Shown here piece after piece: positions 44,668-59,378 of a DNA stretch of 64,000 nucleotides. Position 1 is the first letter of the stretch; the number at the start of each line of letters is the position of its first letter. The position numbers were made by a program, and so were the translations under genes. Under the pieces are notes generated by a model. The model worked only from the letters and a program-made list of their open reading frames with translations, was not told the DNA's origin and searched no databases. The stretch is from Phoronis australis (taxonomy: Eukaryota; Animalia; Phoronida), in the NCBI GenBank assembly GCA_002633005.1, contig NMRA01000161.1:687275-751274 (forward strand), in the 5' to 3' direction.

Positions 44668-47600
44668 AATGCTAGAGCACCAGGACTGATAGTGATTTAA
44701 AATGAACATTTTTGACATCAAATAAACACCAGTGAACACCATGAAGCAGCACGTTACAGTAACAATTGTTCAGATGTTTGCGACATCAAAATTCAAGCTG
44801 AAATTGAATTATCTCGATTCTGAAGATTGAGACATGGGTGATTTTGCCATTCATGATACTTCTCAAATGCTGGACACTGTCTGTGCTTTATATCGACAAG
44901 GTTTGAAAATAGATTCGGCAGTTCATAAAATCGCTAAGAACAGACGGTGATGCATAGATGATTTAATGCTTCCCATATTATACAACATTGAGATGAATAA
45001 TCATTTGGCAATGATTGTGATTTTTGTGCTAATTCTCTGACCTTTAGCTAAGTCAATAATTTTTCTCTGTCCCAAACTGTATTTTTACTATTAACCACTT
45101 AATTAACTTCATATTAAATTATCAAAACTATTAGTTTACTGCAACTAAATGTTCATGGCAAATTTAATATGTTTCATACTTAACCTTCATGTTGTAATTT
45201 TCGGAAGGATCATGCGACTTATGTGTTATTGTTGCCAAACAGTATGACATATTCTCTACCCTTGCTGAAATGCATACAATTTTTCAACATTTTTCTCAAA
45301 GCTTAAGTGATGGTGAAAACCCAACGACAAACTTTTATTATTTAATAGCTTTCATTCAAACAAGTTTCTGGGACACAATAATTAACTGCTTTATTTTATA
45401 TTGTAAACAAACTTAATTGGGTGTTTAAAGGCTTCACTATGATGTCAGAAATTGCTGAAGTTTGTAATTTATTCTTAAGTTCAGACAGCATTAAAGTTAT
45501 TATTAAACTCTGATTAAACTTTAATTTCCACTTCGCGCCGGAAATTTGTCAGCTGTCTACATTCACAAGAAGCCAACAATCCGTGTTTGCAGGTAACACA
45601 GCATGCTTGCGTACCATAGTCTTGAAAAGTGTGTTTTTAGCCAGCATTTGTGGAATAACTCAAGCGCTGCAACTATAACCTTTTCTTAAACTTATTAACT
45701 GGTCTGTTGTTCAATTAATATAGGCCAACTCTGTAGATTTTTATAGAACTGGCACTTATCTAGTACGGGATTGGTCATCGTTCACTTATGATCTCCATCG
45801 GACTGGGAAGCCATTCATGCATACAACTTGCACGCACGGAGCACGGCATTTCGCTAGATTAATCTCCCAGATCAACCCAGATTTGAATTGAGCAATTAAT
45901 CACACCTCGCCTTATTGCAATTGCACACAGAGAGCACGTGCTAGATTTATATTCAGGGTCTACCCAGATTTGACTTGAGCAACACACACACACCCTCTCG
46001 TTGCAATTAATAAGTTTAGGTTGGGCCACAAACGAATTGTCCGTGTTTTTAACGAGGAAGCAAAATGTAGTCGCGTTCACTGATCTGAAGAAGTTAATTT
46101 GCTGATATGGTTAGTGGACTACTATTTGAGTTGCATAAAGTTCCATAGTACGACATTTTGCAGCAAGATAAAATATTTGAAAACATCTGAGTTTTTAGCA
46201 ATGGTCTTGTAAAGTCACCTGTTCAAAGTCGAAATCATGTTTCTGTTTGAGCTGTGATTCACCGAACTTATAAGTTCCGTGCTCAAATGAACACCCCGCG
46301 CCCTAATGCGCAGCTCAGCTAAAATTTGGACGGAAGCAGCCACTGCTTGGGTGATCGCCCTGACCCGACCAGGTTTTGCCAATTTTCAGTTATAGTGCCC
46401 ACTGCTTGGGTAATTGTTCACCCGTCTCGGGATTTCCCAATTTAAGTGGCTAGGGCGTTAACTCGCGAGTTTACGGTAGTTTCAGTTATCAGTGTCACCA
46501 TGATTTAGATTCGCTAGAATGGCTTGCATGTACAGCTTTAATGTTTACATAAAACAATTCCCAATTTTAGCAGAGCGATTTTACTGGAAATTGACAGTGA
46601 CATTAAACAGGCAAAAAACTATAGAAAAAGTAACTGTGATTTCAACCTCATCAGAATGATTTGTCACATTTCATCATTACAGTTCAGTTGCAAAACTGTG
46701 CGATCAGTAAACCAACTTCAATAAAGAGAAGAGAGCGAATTGCTCAACTTGCCATTTTTTCCACATTTCAGTGACTTACTACTGCTACACAAATGCTCAA
46801 AAGTGTGCTGCCAGAAACAAGTACAGTACACAGAAAGCAAAAAGTGCAAATAATAAAAATGAAATTTTTTCATGACCATTTGTAGTGTACTGTGTTCCAA
46901 ACCCAGGAATTTAGTGATAATTGCACATGTTAAGACATGACAGAGGCATTGCTATCCTCACTAACTGCTGTTGCTGTTCCCATATCAAATTTGTCTTCGA
47001 TCCCAGTATTTATTTTAAGGCAAATCATGTCACTGGGACGCAAATTTCACAGGATTAATTTGAGATGAGGAATAATTTATTCGTGACTTGGTTGTTTACT
47101 CAATTCAATTCCCGTAGCAGCACTGCAGCCTGTGTTGTAATCAAAGCAGCATTTTGCCCTGTATAGTGTAAAAATGCTCTAGTAAGGGCCAATGAGAAAT
47201 TTAACTATTTTGCTCAAGGTCAATTTCTTGTACTAAATTCTAAAAATAAGTTATAGCGGTCATCCCAAATTCAAGAATTATGAGTTGTGAATGATCATTC
47301 TCCTCCAGAAATGTTCAGAACTTTTAATTTCTCTACTTACTGACTCACACCAATTAAGAGTTGCTTCAACATGGTAATGTTCTTAAAGTTGAAATTCTTC
47401 TGTTAAAAACTTGAAATATGGTTCAAGTGAAACCTATAAGAGGATAAATGCTGCTTCACTAGTCTTATCAGACTCACAGATATATGTCTGACAAATCCAT
47501 TTCAAAGCTTGACCAAAAGGGGCTACAAAAGTTGCTAGGATTCTTGATTGCATGGCAACACAGCAGATCAGTGGAAGGAGTATCTGTAAAAAGATTCTTC

Positions 47601-48809
47601 CAAAATTTCTAGGATTCACATGGCAATGTTGCTACATTCTGGAATGAAACCACGTGTGCTCATAAACAGTTATTTGCTGGAGCACATTAAGTTTAGTTGG
47701 CCAAGGTTGCGATTAAAGCTCATCAATTTAGGTCACAATTATTACGGACAAGTGATATTTTATTTTCTCGTTTTTTCGTAAAAGTTATGTAAAATCAATG
47801 CCTTAGCACGTTCAAGTTCTGTAGCTATCGTCAGAAAATATTGTGAAAAAGTGTGGGCGTTCCTGCGCATTAGAAGAACTTGAAAATTCTAAATTGGTGA
47901 GATTTTACCCTAGCAGTTTATATTTCCATGGTCTATTCTACTGTTTTGCTAACCAAAGTCCCAAGTTCATTAATGGCAGTGGTTCAAAATTTGTCACTAT
48001 TCATAATACAAGAAATGCATCCATCTCATTTTATAATAGTGTCTATCGTTCAAATTGGTTTAAGATGTCTCATTGAAAAGGTGATTGCAACTTCATGATG
48101 ACACGCAATATCTAAGTTATCTGTCCAACTGAAAACCCATTCCAAGGTCAAGACCAGCAATTAAGAAACACAGATAGATTAGAAGAAATAACCTTACTAA
48201 ATTTCAGTTTCAACCCACAAGCATTTTTCTTGCAACAGGTTTTCAATTGTAAAGAATTCTTGCTAATGAACACATAAGCTTGATACAAATACAATCCAGG
48301 AATAGCTAGTATGCCTGGAATTTTTCATGGCTGGGAGATAGCAAAAACAGATTTGAGGTTTAAAAGGACTCATAAAGCCATAAATAAAAAAATGTCATGT
48401 ACAGAAATCATTTCAAGATTGTACTTTTTTCACTTATTCGCAAGAGATGGAATGATTTCAATTCATAAAAAAGGTTAGTCAATAATATGAGCAACATATT
48501 TTGCCACGGTGAAATAAGATGGGTTCACGAGTAATGGGGATTCAAGCAAATTTTCTTGGAGACCTGTTGTGTTAAACAAAATGTTAATAATGGCTGCAAC
48601 CAGCCAAGGCATGTGATTGTTGCATGATGACCATTTTTGACTTGAAGACCAAATAGATACTTTGCCAGTTGACACGACAAAACCAGCGAAGTCAATTGAC
48701 AAAGTGCAGCCAATGTCTCGAGCAATTTAAACAAGTAAAACCTCTCCAATTTCTGACAAAAATAACAAAATTTGGCCTTTTTTAATTTTTCATTGGACCT
48801 ACCTTTGTT

Positions 48810-49222
48810 GTGAATGCTCTAACAGCTCCAGTTAACATCGCAGTTAACCGGTGGATTTAATAGCGCAGCGTATGAACACTCAACTTCGGTCCAATCGAAG
48901 TTATCGCCAGGTGCCACTGTTATCGTCAACAGTTACAAGGTAGTATCGTCACTAATATCGGCTTATATTTAGCTCTAATAACAACTATCGATTTAAAAAT
49001 AAGTTTCATGTCATTTAGCACATGTAAAGGTTCTCAAATTGTCTCATTGAAAAAAATCTTAGCATGCAGCGCTACCTTTTCGATAACTTCGATGACGTCA
49101 ACGTCACCAACCCTTTACTTCGATGGTCATTAACTACCGAAGCCAGTATGAATGGTCCAGTTAACTGCGCTGTTTACGTCGACGCTCCGCTCAGACCGGA
49201 GTTAAGTCAATATGAAAGGGTC
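48810..49222. mobile_element. MITE fragment, Harbinger-like
   Basis: Internal inverted gcagttaac/gttaactgc and cgaagttatcg/cgataacttcg; right end atatgaaagggtc. Confidence 0.45.
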
Positions 49223-49227
49223 TTCTA

Positions 49228-49680
49228 GTGCCGTCCACACAGACTATCCTGGAACAAACTACCCCGGAACAAGTTACACCTGGAATCAGTTGTCGCTAGG
49301 TTTGAGTGCTGTCTGGACACTATTTAAACCGTAGTGCAGCCTACCTCACTTGTGACAACTTACTCCACACTATCGGGGTGGGGTAAATTGTTCTGGGGTA
49401 ACTCGCGCCTCTTGTAATCGCTGTGCAGTGGCCGCAAAAGTGGGGTATATGGGCAGAAGTAGTAATTAACTGTGGTTACTTAGTCACAGACGGATTTTCA
49501 TTTGCACGCTGTGTGGACGCTCCGCTTAAAAGTGCAGTAAGTTGCACTAGTTCAAGTTGTTTTCGGCCAGGCTGCGTGTGGAGGGACTTTATAAAACAAA
49601 ATTTCACTTGTCCATCACATTGTGTCCTAAATTGGTTAGATTTTACCCTACTAGGCAACTGTAATGTATGGACAACAGTA
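49228..49680. mobile_element. MITE, Harbinger-like
   Basis: TIR gtgccgtccacac / gtatggacaacag; tggacac and gtgtggac subrepeats; same terminal style as 22951. Confidence 0.55.
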
Positions 49681-52013
49681 CTGTAGAGTATGCAATGTTA
49701 TGTTATGTGAATTGACCATTACTGACTGCTGATTTTTCTGTCATGAAGGTATTTAGTTTTTCTAACTGTCATGAGCTTGAGACTCTTGGTGTACAATCTG
49801 ACCTGAAGTGAGGTTGGATTGCTGTCATCTAGTGAGAATGTCTATTTGAGCCTCTAGCAACTTAACCAAATCAGGTTATACAATGACACTTAGATGAAAA
49901 GAAATCAGTATTCTTGTTTGTATACACACTCTTTCATATATTACTCTTTGTTTCGTATTATACATTTGTATCTGATTAAATTAAAATTTCTCACTCAAAA
50001 CCAGCTGTCAAGAATATTTAGAACGTCGTCCCGTCTAACACAAAATGTTTCAAAGAACTAATGAGTAAACCACATTTTGTTGCCATGAATTACCTTTCGA
50101 TTAAGTTTCATTTGCCCAACAAATCTGACCTACCCAGTTACCCCCAGTAACTCTATTTCTGGACAATTGTCCGTTATTTTGAGACGTTTAATCTACATGC
50201 AATCTGTCTTGTACCAGTTTCTTTTACTAGAACCACTTCTTTCGGCTAACGAGACAACTAAATGTACCCCTGTAGTGTTCAGAGAAACAAGGTGGAGACG
50301 GCATCGAGATCTCATTTGTGTGGGTGCGGGTGTGTCCTATATTCCATTTTCTATAGATTTACGATGTGTGCCGAGGGTGTGTCACTTGAGACCGTAGGGT
50401 GTCGTCCATTGGGTGTCGTCACTAGTCCAACCAGTGATTAGATTAGCTGGCAAGCTTTAAAATCCAAATGACATCAAAGTCTCTGTCCTTCAGTATTTGT
50501 CCACTGTCAGTGACATTGGCTTTATAACTGAAGTGCACCTTCAAAGATAAATTTAAACTTAGACAATTAGTTGTGCTTTCTTACGTTTGCACTATTGTAT
50601 TTTTGCCAACACTTCTAAATTAACATCTACCTTTAATAATTTTCAAAGAAATCTAGTTGCTGGCAATTTCAGAACATTTGATAGAAGGGAAATACTGCTA
50701 ACGGAATTCTACATAGTAAAATTTTATTATATGGGTACTGCCATTACCAACTTCGATATCATTTCAAATTACATGTTGAAAAAAGCCAAGTAACTACTTT
50801 ACAACAGTAGTCAGTCATTTCACAACAAAATAATATTGTCACAGGCGGCATTTTCAAAATGGCTACTTTATTTGCTTCAAATGATACAAACTATACCTAG
50901 CAATTTGTTTTCCAACAAAACACTATATCTCTGCTCATATGAAAGTCAATATTTCTTAATCTTTACTTTTGCACAGAAATTTAACCAAAATAAAATTCAA
51001 TTGGCCGCATTATTGTGAGCTAAACAAGTGTGCAGTTAGCAGATTAATGATAGCTCAGATTCAATAGAACGCTTATAAAGTAGCAATTGAATTATTATTA
51101 CTTAAGTGTGTACTCACTTTCAGTTGCCTGTCAGTACTGTGCCACAATGAAGTTGCTTCTTTACTCCGCGTGTCGAAAACAATTAGTGCAAGCTTTGATA
51201 CAAAGAAGCAAAATAGTGTTCAAACTCAGCCCTGCTCAAAGATCTTAACTTAATTTGGAGAAGGTATCAATTGACCTTTCGACAGGATTTTTGCGAGACG
51301 GATTAACTGACCAATCAGACACACCTTCATTTCCAAGCCGCCATTGTACCCGACAAACAACACTTTGTTGGATAAAACTTATTGTTTGTTTGTCAACTTT
51401 TCATTAGGGGGCAGAGCTAGCGACAGGTCAATGGACATAAACAGCCAAAATATACACTATTGGAATTGTTGTTGGATCAGATTATGTAACCTTCTTGAAG
51501 TTATTCTAAGCTTTGACCAGAGCTGAAACAGCAAAAACTGTGGTATTTTTGTGATTTAATTACAAATCACCAGCCCTTGCCATTGCCTGCTAGTCATTTG
51601 TTAAAATCCAGCTACATGACTTTATCAGGCTAACATGCTCAATATATTCCATTATCAAGTGTGCCGTAGCTCCACCAGCAAAGCATCTGAGTGTGACCGG
51701 TGAGGTGCAAGTTTGAATGTGTCTCAAAAACCGCATTTCACACTGAAGTGTCATTTTAAGCAGATCGTATTCAGTGGAAGATAAAATTCAAGTTTGCTCA
51801 TTTCTCTTAATAAAGCATGTTCATCAACAACTTTTGTTCAAACAATTAAACAGGAGGGCTGGCAGGTGGACATGAGTTTCAAAACAGAAACCAAATGCCT
51901 AAATTAATTTACTGTTTTCTTCAGGAAGCTACATTGTCCAGTTCATTGACACTGTGGCAAATACCCACAGGCGTGTGAAATAGTGTTCTTAACCTTTGAA
52001 TTCGACCACTTAC

Positions 52014-52144
52014 CCCTATAAAACTTGCCTTGACACCACGTTCCCTTACTCAGCTGAGAAGTCTGGACTCTCAGTTTGACATTATCGCAATTGACAAGCC
52101 ACGTTATTAATTCTGTCATGTCTTTCCAAGCCAAGAAACCATCT
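52014..52144 (-). CDS. Candidate upstream exon (DGFLAWKDMTELITWLVNCD...GKFYR)
   Basis: cactag acceptor, gtaagt donor; open frame, phase 2-1. Confidence 0.4.
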
Positions 52145-54942
52145 CTAGTGTGAGTATAAGGTACAAGTCAAAGACCAGTTTTGCACATTAGAAGCAAGCG
52201 GCTTCATTCGATTTGCACATGAGTGAACAGTGGGTTGCCTTAAAAAAAGACCTTTAGAATCGGTTCTAACCCAATGGACTTTCAAAACAGCAGTGTTTAC
52301 AACTACACATCTTACAGTATGTGATGTGTAAAGACAGTAAACTGAAGTACATTTTGATGAGCAAAAATGCACTTCAAACTTCCTGAAACAACCATTTGTG
52401 GTTATTGTAGAACATTCCATCCAGAATAAACAAACCATCATAGTCCTATCACAACCCTCCTGGATAGATGAAACTGTTGAGGAGATAAGTTTGATTGGAA
52501 AATAAACACAAGAGGTGATAGTATAGCCAAGAGATCAATGTATGGAGGGTACTGACTTCATGTCTGTGGCTATGACTAATTTGTTTGCGAAGTGTAAAAT
52601 TCTTGATAAAAATGAAGAATAAGTAAATATCGAATGGACACAGATCTGTTCTAGTGTGCCCACTCCTCTGCAGGTTGAAAACCGCCTAATCTGTGAGCAA
52701 ATGCTGGGAGATGTGGGGTTATCTCAAGGCCGACACATTCACAGGGGAATAAATTTTTTGTAGACAGGATACTTCAAAAATGTGATCGGCTGGATATAAA
52801 TCATATGCCTTGGGCTCATTCACGGCCTGGGTAAATTCATTACGCTCCAGGGGGTGTAAGGTTGTGATATCAACAGCTAAAGAACTGCAACACTCGTTAG
52901 GGCTCAATGATGTTCCCACACAAATTAATTTTAGACACTGATGCACCAAACTGCTATGTCTTAAGACATAGATCTACATGCTCTTGCGAAAGAACAACAG
53001 GAAGTTGGCAACTGTCCTCCCAGCATGCACCTAGCCATATCTTGGTCTGCTCTACAGTGAGGTTCTTTGAAATAGCATTTTGAGTGGGCACTGACGGGGA
53101 TGAGATAAGACCAGAGGTACAAGTCAAAGACCATTCACTCACTCACCACACTGGGATGACATGGTCTGCTTCCCAACACGCAGATATTAGCTGTATTTAA
53201 GGCAAGGTGAACTTATGCATTTTCAAAAAAACTTTTTTTCAGATATCCATGTTGAGTGTATGGTCTAGAAGCAACGGTGGTTAAAGGGTTTGTGATCCAT
53301 CTATAGGGGACAGTTTGCCTTCAATTCAACCAACATTTAGAGGTAAGTTGTTTTACATTCATTTTGCTGTTTCCCTACAGTTTTGATACAATTTTTGAAT
53401 TGTTCTCATTTCTACCATAGTCTTCTTGACAAATTTCATATAAGTAATGGTAGCTTGGCATACTAACTTTTACTTATATCATTACAATGGTGTACTACAT
53501 TTCACTAAAGCAACTACAGTAACTCAAGTTTTTCATGGCAGCATTTGGAAAGCTGTTCTAATTGTATCCAGGCACGCAGCGTTATTCCCGAAAAAGACTA
53601 TTGCACATATATTTAAAATACGACCAGTGCACTACTTATTTTTTTGCAAAAAGACTGTTTCAGCAAGTAGCTGAGTCATAGTACTCCACGGATCACTTAG
53701 ACTATAATGCTCTATTTCATCATTTAAAGGTTGCTCAGGAGAAATTTAAACACAGATTTTGGCATGTATATATACGAAGCTGTGCTTATGTTTGATGACG
53801 TATCAATTAGAAGTGCAAACACGCACAGAAAACATCAGATTGTTGGACACACATATTCAAAGAATATTGCATGTGTCTATCTACGAAAAATACATTATTT
53901 CGGATATACCGTAGGTGCATTGCATGAAATACTTCATCATGTGACATCTACACCATTCTTTATATAAATTCTGAGGCACAATATATTGGAAGAATATATT
54001 ATAAGTAACATAACATGAGTGGCCTCCTTGGTGGATCCTTTTTATTAACATTGCCATGTATTTTGTATGTGGTTGTCATCATCTAATTCTATGTATTCAG
54101 TGGGCCTATAATGTTGTTCCTAATATTCAAATGCATGGAACTACAGTGGGACTTGTCACCCAGTGTTTATTCTATGTAAATTGTTTGTAAGCATTTTGAC
54201 AAATTCTTTTCCCAGCCTCTTCAGAAACCATTTTCCATTCCCGAACATTATGCAGGACCTTATCTGGTGTAAAATATCTACAAAACAATAGATTTTTACT
54301 TGTATAAATTTATGATTTCTGAATGCAGACAGCTAATAGAGTATGTACATCAATGTGTTGTTATAACTCGGGGCATTGTATGAGTAAGAATTTGTCAATC
54401 TTCATACAGGGCATATGAGTTTAAACGTTATACCAGTCTGCCATTAATTGGTCAAATGACAATGTCTTCATAGTAAAATTTAGCAAAATAGGTATTCGTA
54501 GCAAAACAATGTTATCAATAACAAGACCAAATTTCATTTCCTATCAATGTTCAACATGAAATCTCAAAAACGCTATTACCATTATCTAAATTCCTTTTTT
54601 ACAACTTTTGATTTTTTTCATAAAAAAATTTTTTCTTCAGTTGACTACTAATGTTAAAACAAGTTCTTGGTTATATGCAATCCATTGGTCACGATATTCA
54701 GGGCGTTTAAATTGGGAAACTCAGAAAAATGAAAGGGTCAGTATTAATCTGAGCAATAAAAATAAAAATTTAGAGAAATGGGGTAGGCCCGTACCCAAAC
54801 GGTGGAGGGTACATTGACATCAGACATCACCTACGACAGTAAAGTGAAACATCTATGGATGACTGTGGGAAAATGTAGCAAGGGACTTGCAGTCCAGAAT
54901 AGAGTAGTTCAGAAGCATGACTCGGCTTTTCAAGCTGCATAC

Positions 54943-55006
54943 CTTATAATTTTCCTATGAATGTTATGACCTGGCCATGTACTGATCACCAAGCGTTTAC
55001 TGCTTT
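54943..55006 (-). CDS. Candidate upstream exon (SSKRLVISTWPGHNIHRKII)
   Basis: cccctgtgcag acceptor, gtatgc donor; single open frame, phase 1-2. Confidence 0.33.
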
Positions 55007-55849
55007 CTGCACAGGGGTAAGTTAACTTAAGAATTCACAAAATAATTATTTGATATCTTCTTCGATCACTAAACAGCAGAAGAGTATGGGTGTTTTTTCT
55101 GCATACAAGGCAAGCTTCTGTTGAAACAGACTGCTTTTCACAGAAAGGTATTTGAGTGGTGTACCTTTTGGGAGCTAAAATTCCGATGAGACAGGTGTTC
55201 ACAAAGAAACAGGTACTCAGACAGAAGTCTCAATTGAATAAACTGGGGGTGGCTCACAAGTCAAGCATGGCTACCGTATTTACCAGCTTGAGTATGTTAC
55301 CCAACAAATACCGCCAACATTTAGGTTATCCCAAACCTCATTTAGTGGCCTCCAAACAGGCAGCAACTAGTAAAAGTTGAATAAAATCCTAACAGTATTT
55401 TTGAAACACAATGTAAAGTTTTCATGCAAACGAAGTTTTTTAGTAAATCCGCTGGGGGTTGTTTTGCTATGAATAAAACCTTGCACAATAAAAATTGACT
55501 TAAAAATGTGGTCATGCGACAATCATAAAGACACAGTAGTAAGAAGCATATTTTTAGAAATTTCGATCTTTCTCCTTTCAAAAAACATACACTTTTAATG
55601 GTTGACAAAGCATAGTTTTTTCTATACTTCAGGTCATTTAGTAAGGTCCTAAGATAACCTTAGATCAGCAACACCAAAATGTCAAATTACCTATCAAATT
55701 AATGAATTTGGTGAGGATTTATTTATCTCTTTTCACAACTTGCTGTGTTCATGAACACAAAGTAACAGAGGCCTGTGGCGACTAGGAGTATTCGTTCTTG
55801 ATACTTGTATGCATGCAGACTCACAACTCCCTCAGGATCAAAACTGTCT

Positions 55850-56198
55850 TTTGTCTCCATTTTTCTCGGCATATGTACACCTCGTTGACTCAATATTATG
55901 GCAACTTGGTAAATGAAAGGACATAGAACACACCAGGAGCTGTAGAATGCTTGGCGGTAGATGCGATTTGAGTGACAGTCCTGTAACCTTTGACCTCAGA
56001 TATGTAGTAAACAAATTTTTACACGGTTGTGCAGTTGTGCGGTTTCAAGGTGGTTCTGCTAAATTTTTTTCTAGCTTAACACGCTATTTGTTTCGTATTT
56101 AAACTTCCCTGAGAATGAAGATAAGGTATTTTGCTAGACATTAGTGAAATGTTGTAAAAATGGCCAATTTTTGTGAATAAGGTTTGAGACATCCTTAA
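55850..56198. mobile_element. Second copy of the Kolobok-like element at 8495-8857
   Basis: Sequence similarity over ~350 bp; ends ccttaa. Confidence 0.7.
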
Positions 56199-57569
56199 CA
56201 GTCTGACGGCTATGTTGTATATTCTTGAAAACTTGAAGTGCAAAAGACAACTGGAAAATACATGCTGTGATCAATTTCTCTCTTGGAATGTTTTGATTTC
56301 CCAAGTGTCACAACTTCATAATTACATCCAAAATAACAGCAGTTTCTGTTATAGTGGCGACATATACCCCATCTACAAAAAGGCTAATGTTCTCCTAGCA
56401 CTTTTCTTCACTAGTTGCAAAAATCCCAGTCAGCAAAGGGTTACCAGTGTGACAGGGTTAAGAGGCTCTTGTTTACGGTATGTCACTTAAATCAGTTTGT
56501 GTTACAAAGAGAAGGTGTTTTGACATCAGTTTTTCACTCTGATTGGGGTAATGAGGAAATCAATTAAATGCTGGCAAAAACGACCAGTTCACAGACTTCA
56601 AGTATTACGTGACTAAAATACTATCTATTGTTTGCATTAGCATTTAAAGTTGCATTTACACGTGAAACAGCTTGCCCAGTAGCGTGATCCATTGGCATTC
56701 CACGTGGTTTGGACGTTTGCTATTGTTTATGGTAGCATTCCCAGACCGTCTTCATGTAAGTGACGCATGCTGATCCAGCTTGCGATCTAATGTCATTTAA
56801 ATGCGAAGTGGAGCAAGTCTCGTAATGACAACTGACACGGTGACAACGGTCTCTTGTGCTTTAGTCAGTGACGCTGCTAGCATTTTTGCCACTTGTGCAA
56901 ACTCAAATCGTCTGTTGTGTGCTGAGAGAATCAAACAATTCACAAAAATGTCCTATGTCTTGAAATGTTCCTGAGTAAATGAAATTGTATTTCCTCACTA
57001 TCACCAACCCTGCATACCAGAATTAGAATTGAGTCAAACAAAAGATGCATGTTGAATGTTCCCTAAGGACTTTTAACGTTGGTGTAACTTAACAAAGTAA
57101 CTTTATTAACTATTTACAAACTGACCATCAATTCCGCACAAATAGGAGAATTAATTAACATAATTTCTTTAGTAATTTATAAGGCGCTACATTTCACTTC
57201 CCAACCAGCAACTGTGATTTATGCTTCTTCTGGGGGTTTACAATAGTACGTTACAATAGTGCCTAGACATTTATGAACGGTTTCTTTTGTTTGGGGACTA
57301 GGGAACAGAGAAGGAAGTCGGTGATAACCGCTGCCTGTTCATGGCAACATTCTTTCCCAACTGTTTTAGACACTACAGATTAAAAAACTAACTCTACCAC
57401 TGAAAATTTTTAACGGCAAAAACTGATAAAATACCACAGAGGAAAGTAGATGAATAACACTATTGTAACTGTTGTTCCTTTATTGGTTTTTCCATATCAG
57501 TATTGTGTAACTTGCATATATACGATGGGGCAAACTGACTTTTGTACACCAATGTACAATAGTGCTTAC

Positions 57570-57656
57570 CTGAGTGGTCTAGTTATATGGTACCCAAAAA
57601 AATGTAGCGAAATTTGAATGGTGGAGCACATGTTTTCCTTGGTTAAAAATGTATAA
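57570..57656 (-). CDS. Candidate upstream exon (YTFLTKENMCSTIQISLHFFGYHITRPL)
   Basis: cctcttctgtag acceptor, gtaagc donor; single open frame, 87 nt, phase 2-2. Confidence 0.4.
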
Positions 57657-58672
57657 CTACAGAAGAGGACACTGCTTCTTAAATGTCACGATGAAGCTGA
57701 ATTTGTTGTATAAACCATTCGTATAAACATTTAGAAATAACCACATGCGAAGATATGTGTGGACATAAAAATGTCTAAAGTATTGAATCATTGTGTGAGG
57801 AAATAGTGACAGACTGATCTTTTTGACCACAAGAAACAAAACTTTCAAAAACCAAGTGTTCTAAGGATGAAACTGTCTTGTTAGAGCTTTGATACACCTA
57901 GTCTTAGTTGATTGGAATGTGTCTCATGGTATTTACCAACACTGAAGGAATTTCTACAGTTGTCAGGAAACTAGACTGACCATGAGTTTGGTTTCCAAGC
58001 AGGAGACAGGTAGTTTAATTACTTGTGACACAGTCCAGCATCCTTAAACAAACCAGCGACTTCATTCTGGGCTTATTAGAAAAAATGCTAGCTAATGAGT
58101 ACCAGCACCACCACTGGGAGTCACTCCCATTGACTGTGGCTGTGTGACTGATCTGTGGGTCTCCCACTTTGTTTTCAATTTAAAACCCTTTTACACTGAA
58201 AACTTTGGTTTTGACTTAGGCAACATGGGGTAAATGTAAGTGGCTTGACATAAATCGGTTCAACTTGAACCAGAACTGGTGGAGGTGCTTTCAAATCAAT
58301 TAAACCTAAAGCAATTGGACAGACCGAAAAGGGTCGCCGTGACGACGGATTCATTTTTCACCAACCGTAGTGTAAAAAATGGCCTGCACTGCATGTAAAG
58401 AGTGACTGTTTAACTGCAGCCAGTGCTATTACAAGCATCTTTGTTCACAAATCCCCATACAAAAGTAACCTATCATTAAAAGTTCAGGAGATGAGGCTAT
58501 TACAGGCTATTCAAATCCCAACTGATTTGAGAAGCCTTTAATGCTTAGGGTTGGGAAACTAGATGTAACACCTCATGTTGAAGTGTAAACGCCAGACAAA
58601 TCGATTTTAAACCAATCAGGATAAATCAAGTAAAAGTAAATAGACTCCAAACTTCAGTAAAAGGTGTTTAAA

Positions 58673-59195
58673 GCCACTTTCCTCATTAGAGGCAAAACTA
58701 CAGTTTTTACCGAAGTTTCGGTGAGTGGGAAAGGTTAACTTTGGAAGTTAATCTGCATGCGAAACTTCCCTGAAAATAGTGGGATTTAAAAGCGAAGCTT
58801 CCATACTATTCACCGAAACTTCAGTGTAGTTAGAAAGGTCAGAGAGAAACTTTGCTGAACTTATCGGTAGAAGTCACGGCAACACGCTACACTCGCAAAA
58901 CACGTTCTTTGTTACTGTAGCGTAGCCGACATGCTTTTGATAAACATGTAAATAAACAAAAAAGCATATCTATCTGATGAAGAATGACACTGATCATTTT
59001 CATAAACATTCATCAATGGCAGGAGAACATTTTCAGTTAGCCTCGAACCCACTACTCAATATTTGTTTGAGAGTACGAATGAACTGCATCGTGTGCTATC
59101 TTATCAATAACTGATAATTCGCTGTCTAGTTGGAAAGCTATGCGAAGTTTCAATGAAACTTCAGCAAACCGAAGTTCCTCTAACGGAAAAGCAAC
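58673..59195. mobile_element. MITE with cgaaacttc/gaagtttcg subrepeats
   Basis: Imperfect TIR ctttcctcattagagg / cctctaacggaaaag. Confidence 0.55.
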
Positions 59196-59378
59196 ATAAG
59201 AGAAGATCGAGCTTCATTAACTGTTTGTTGGCTGAACCTGCATGAATTACCTTAATGAGACCCAGCATGGAATGCTCACCTACATTCAAATGGGCATTAC
59301 GTTCTGTTAACACTCAGTGAGGAAAAGATATAAATTTCTAATGGGTAACTAGTGATTTTGAACATGCTTGCATTTTAA

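Noticed and set aside
43119-44742. ORFs such as 44358-44594 and 43119-43376
   Set aside because: Derived from GC-rich TIR subrepeats; no transposase motif
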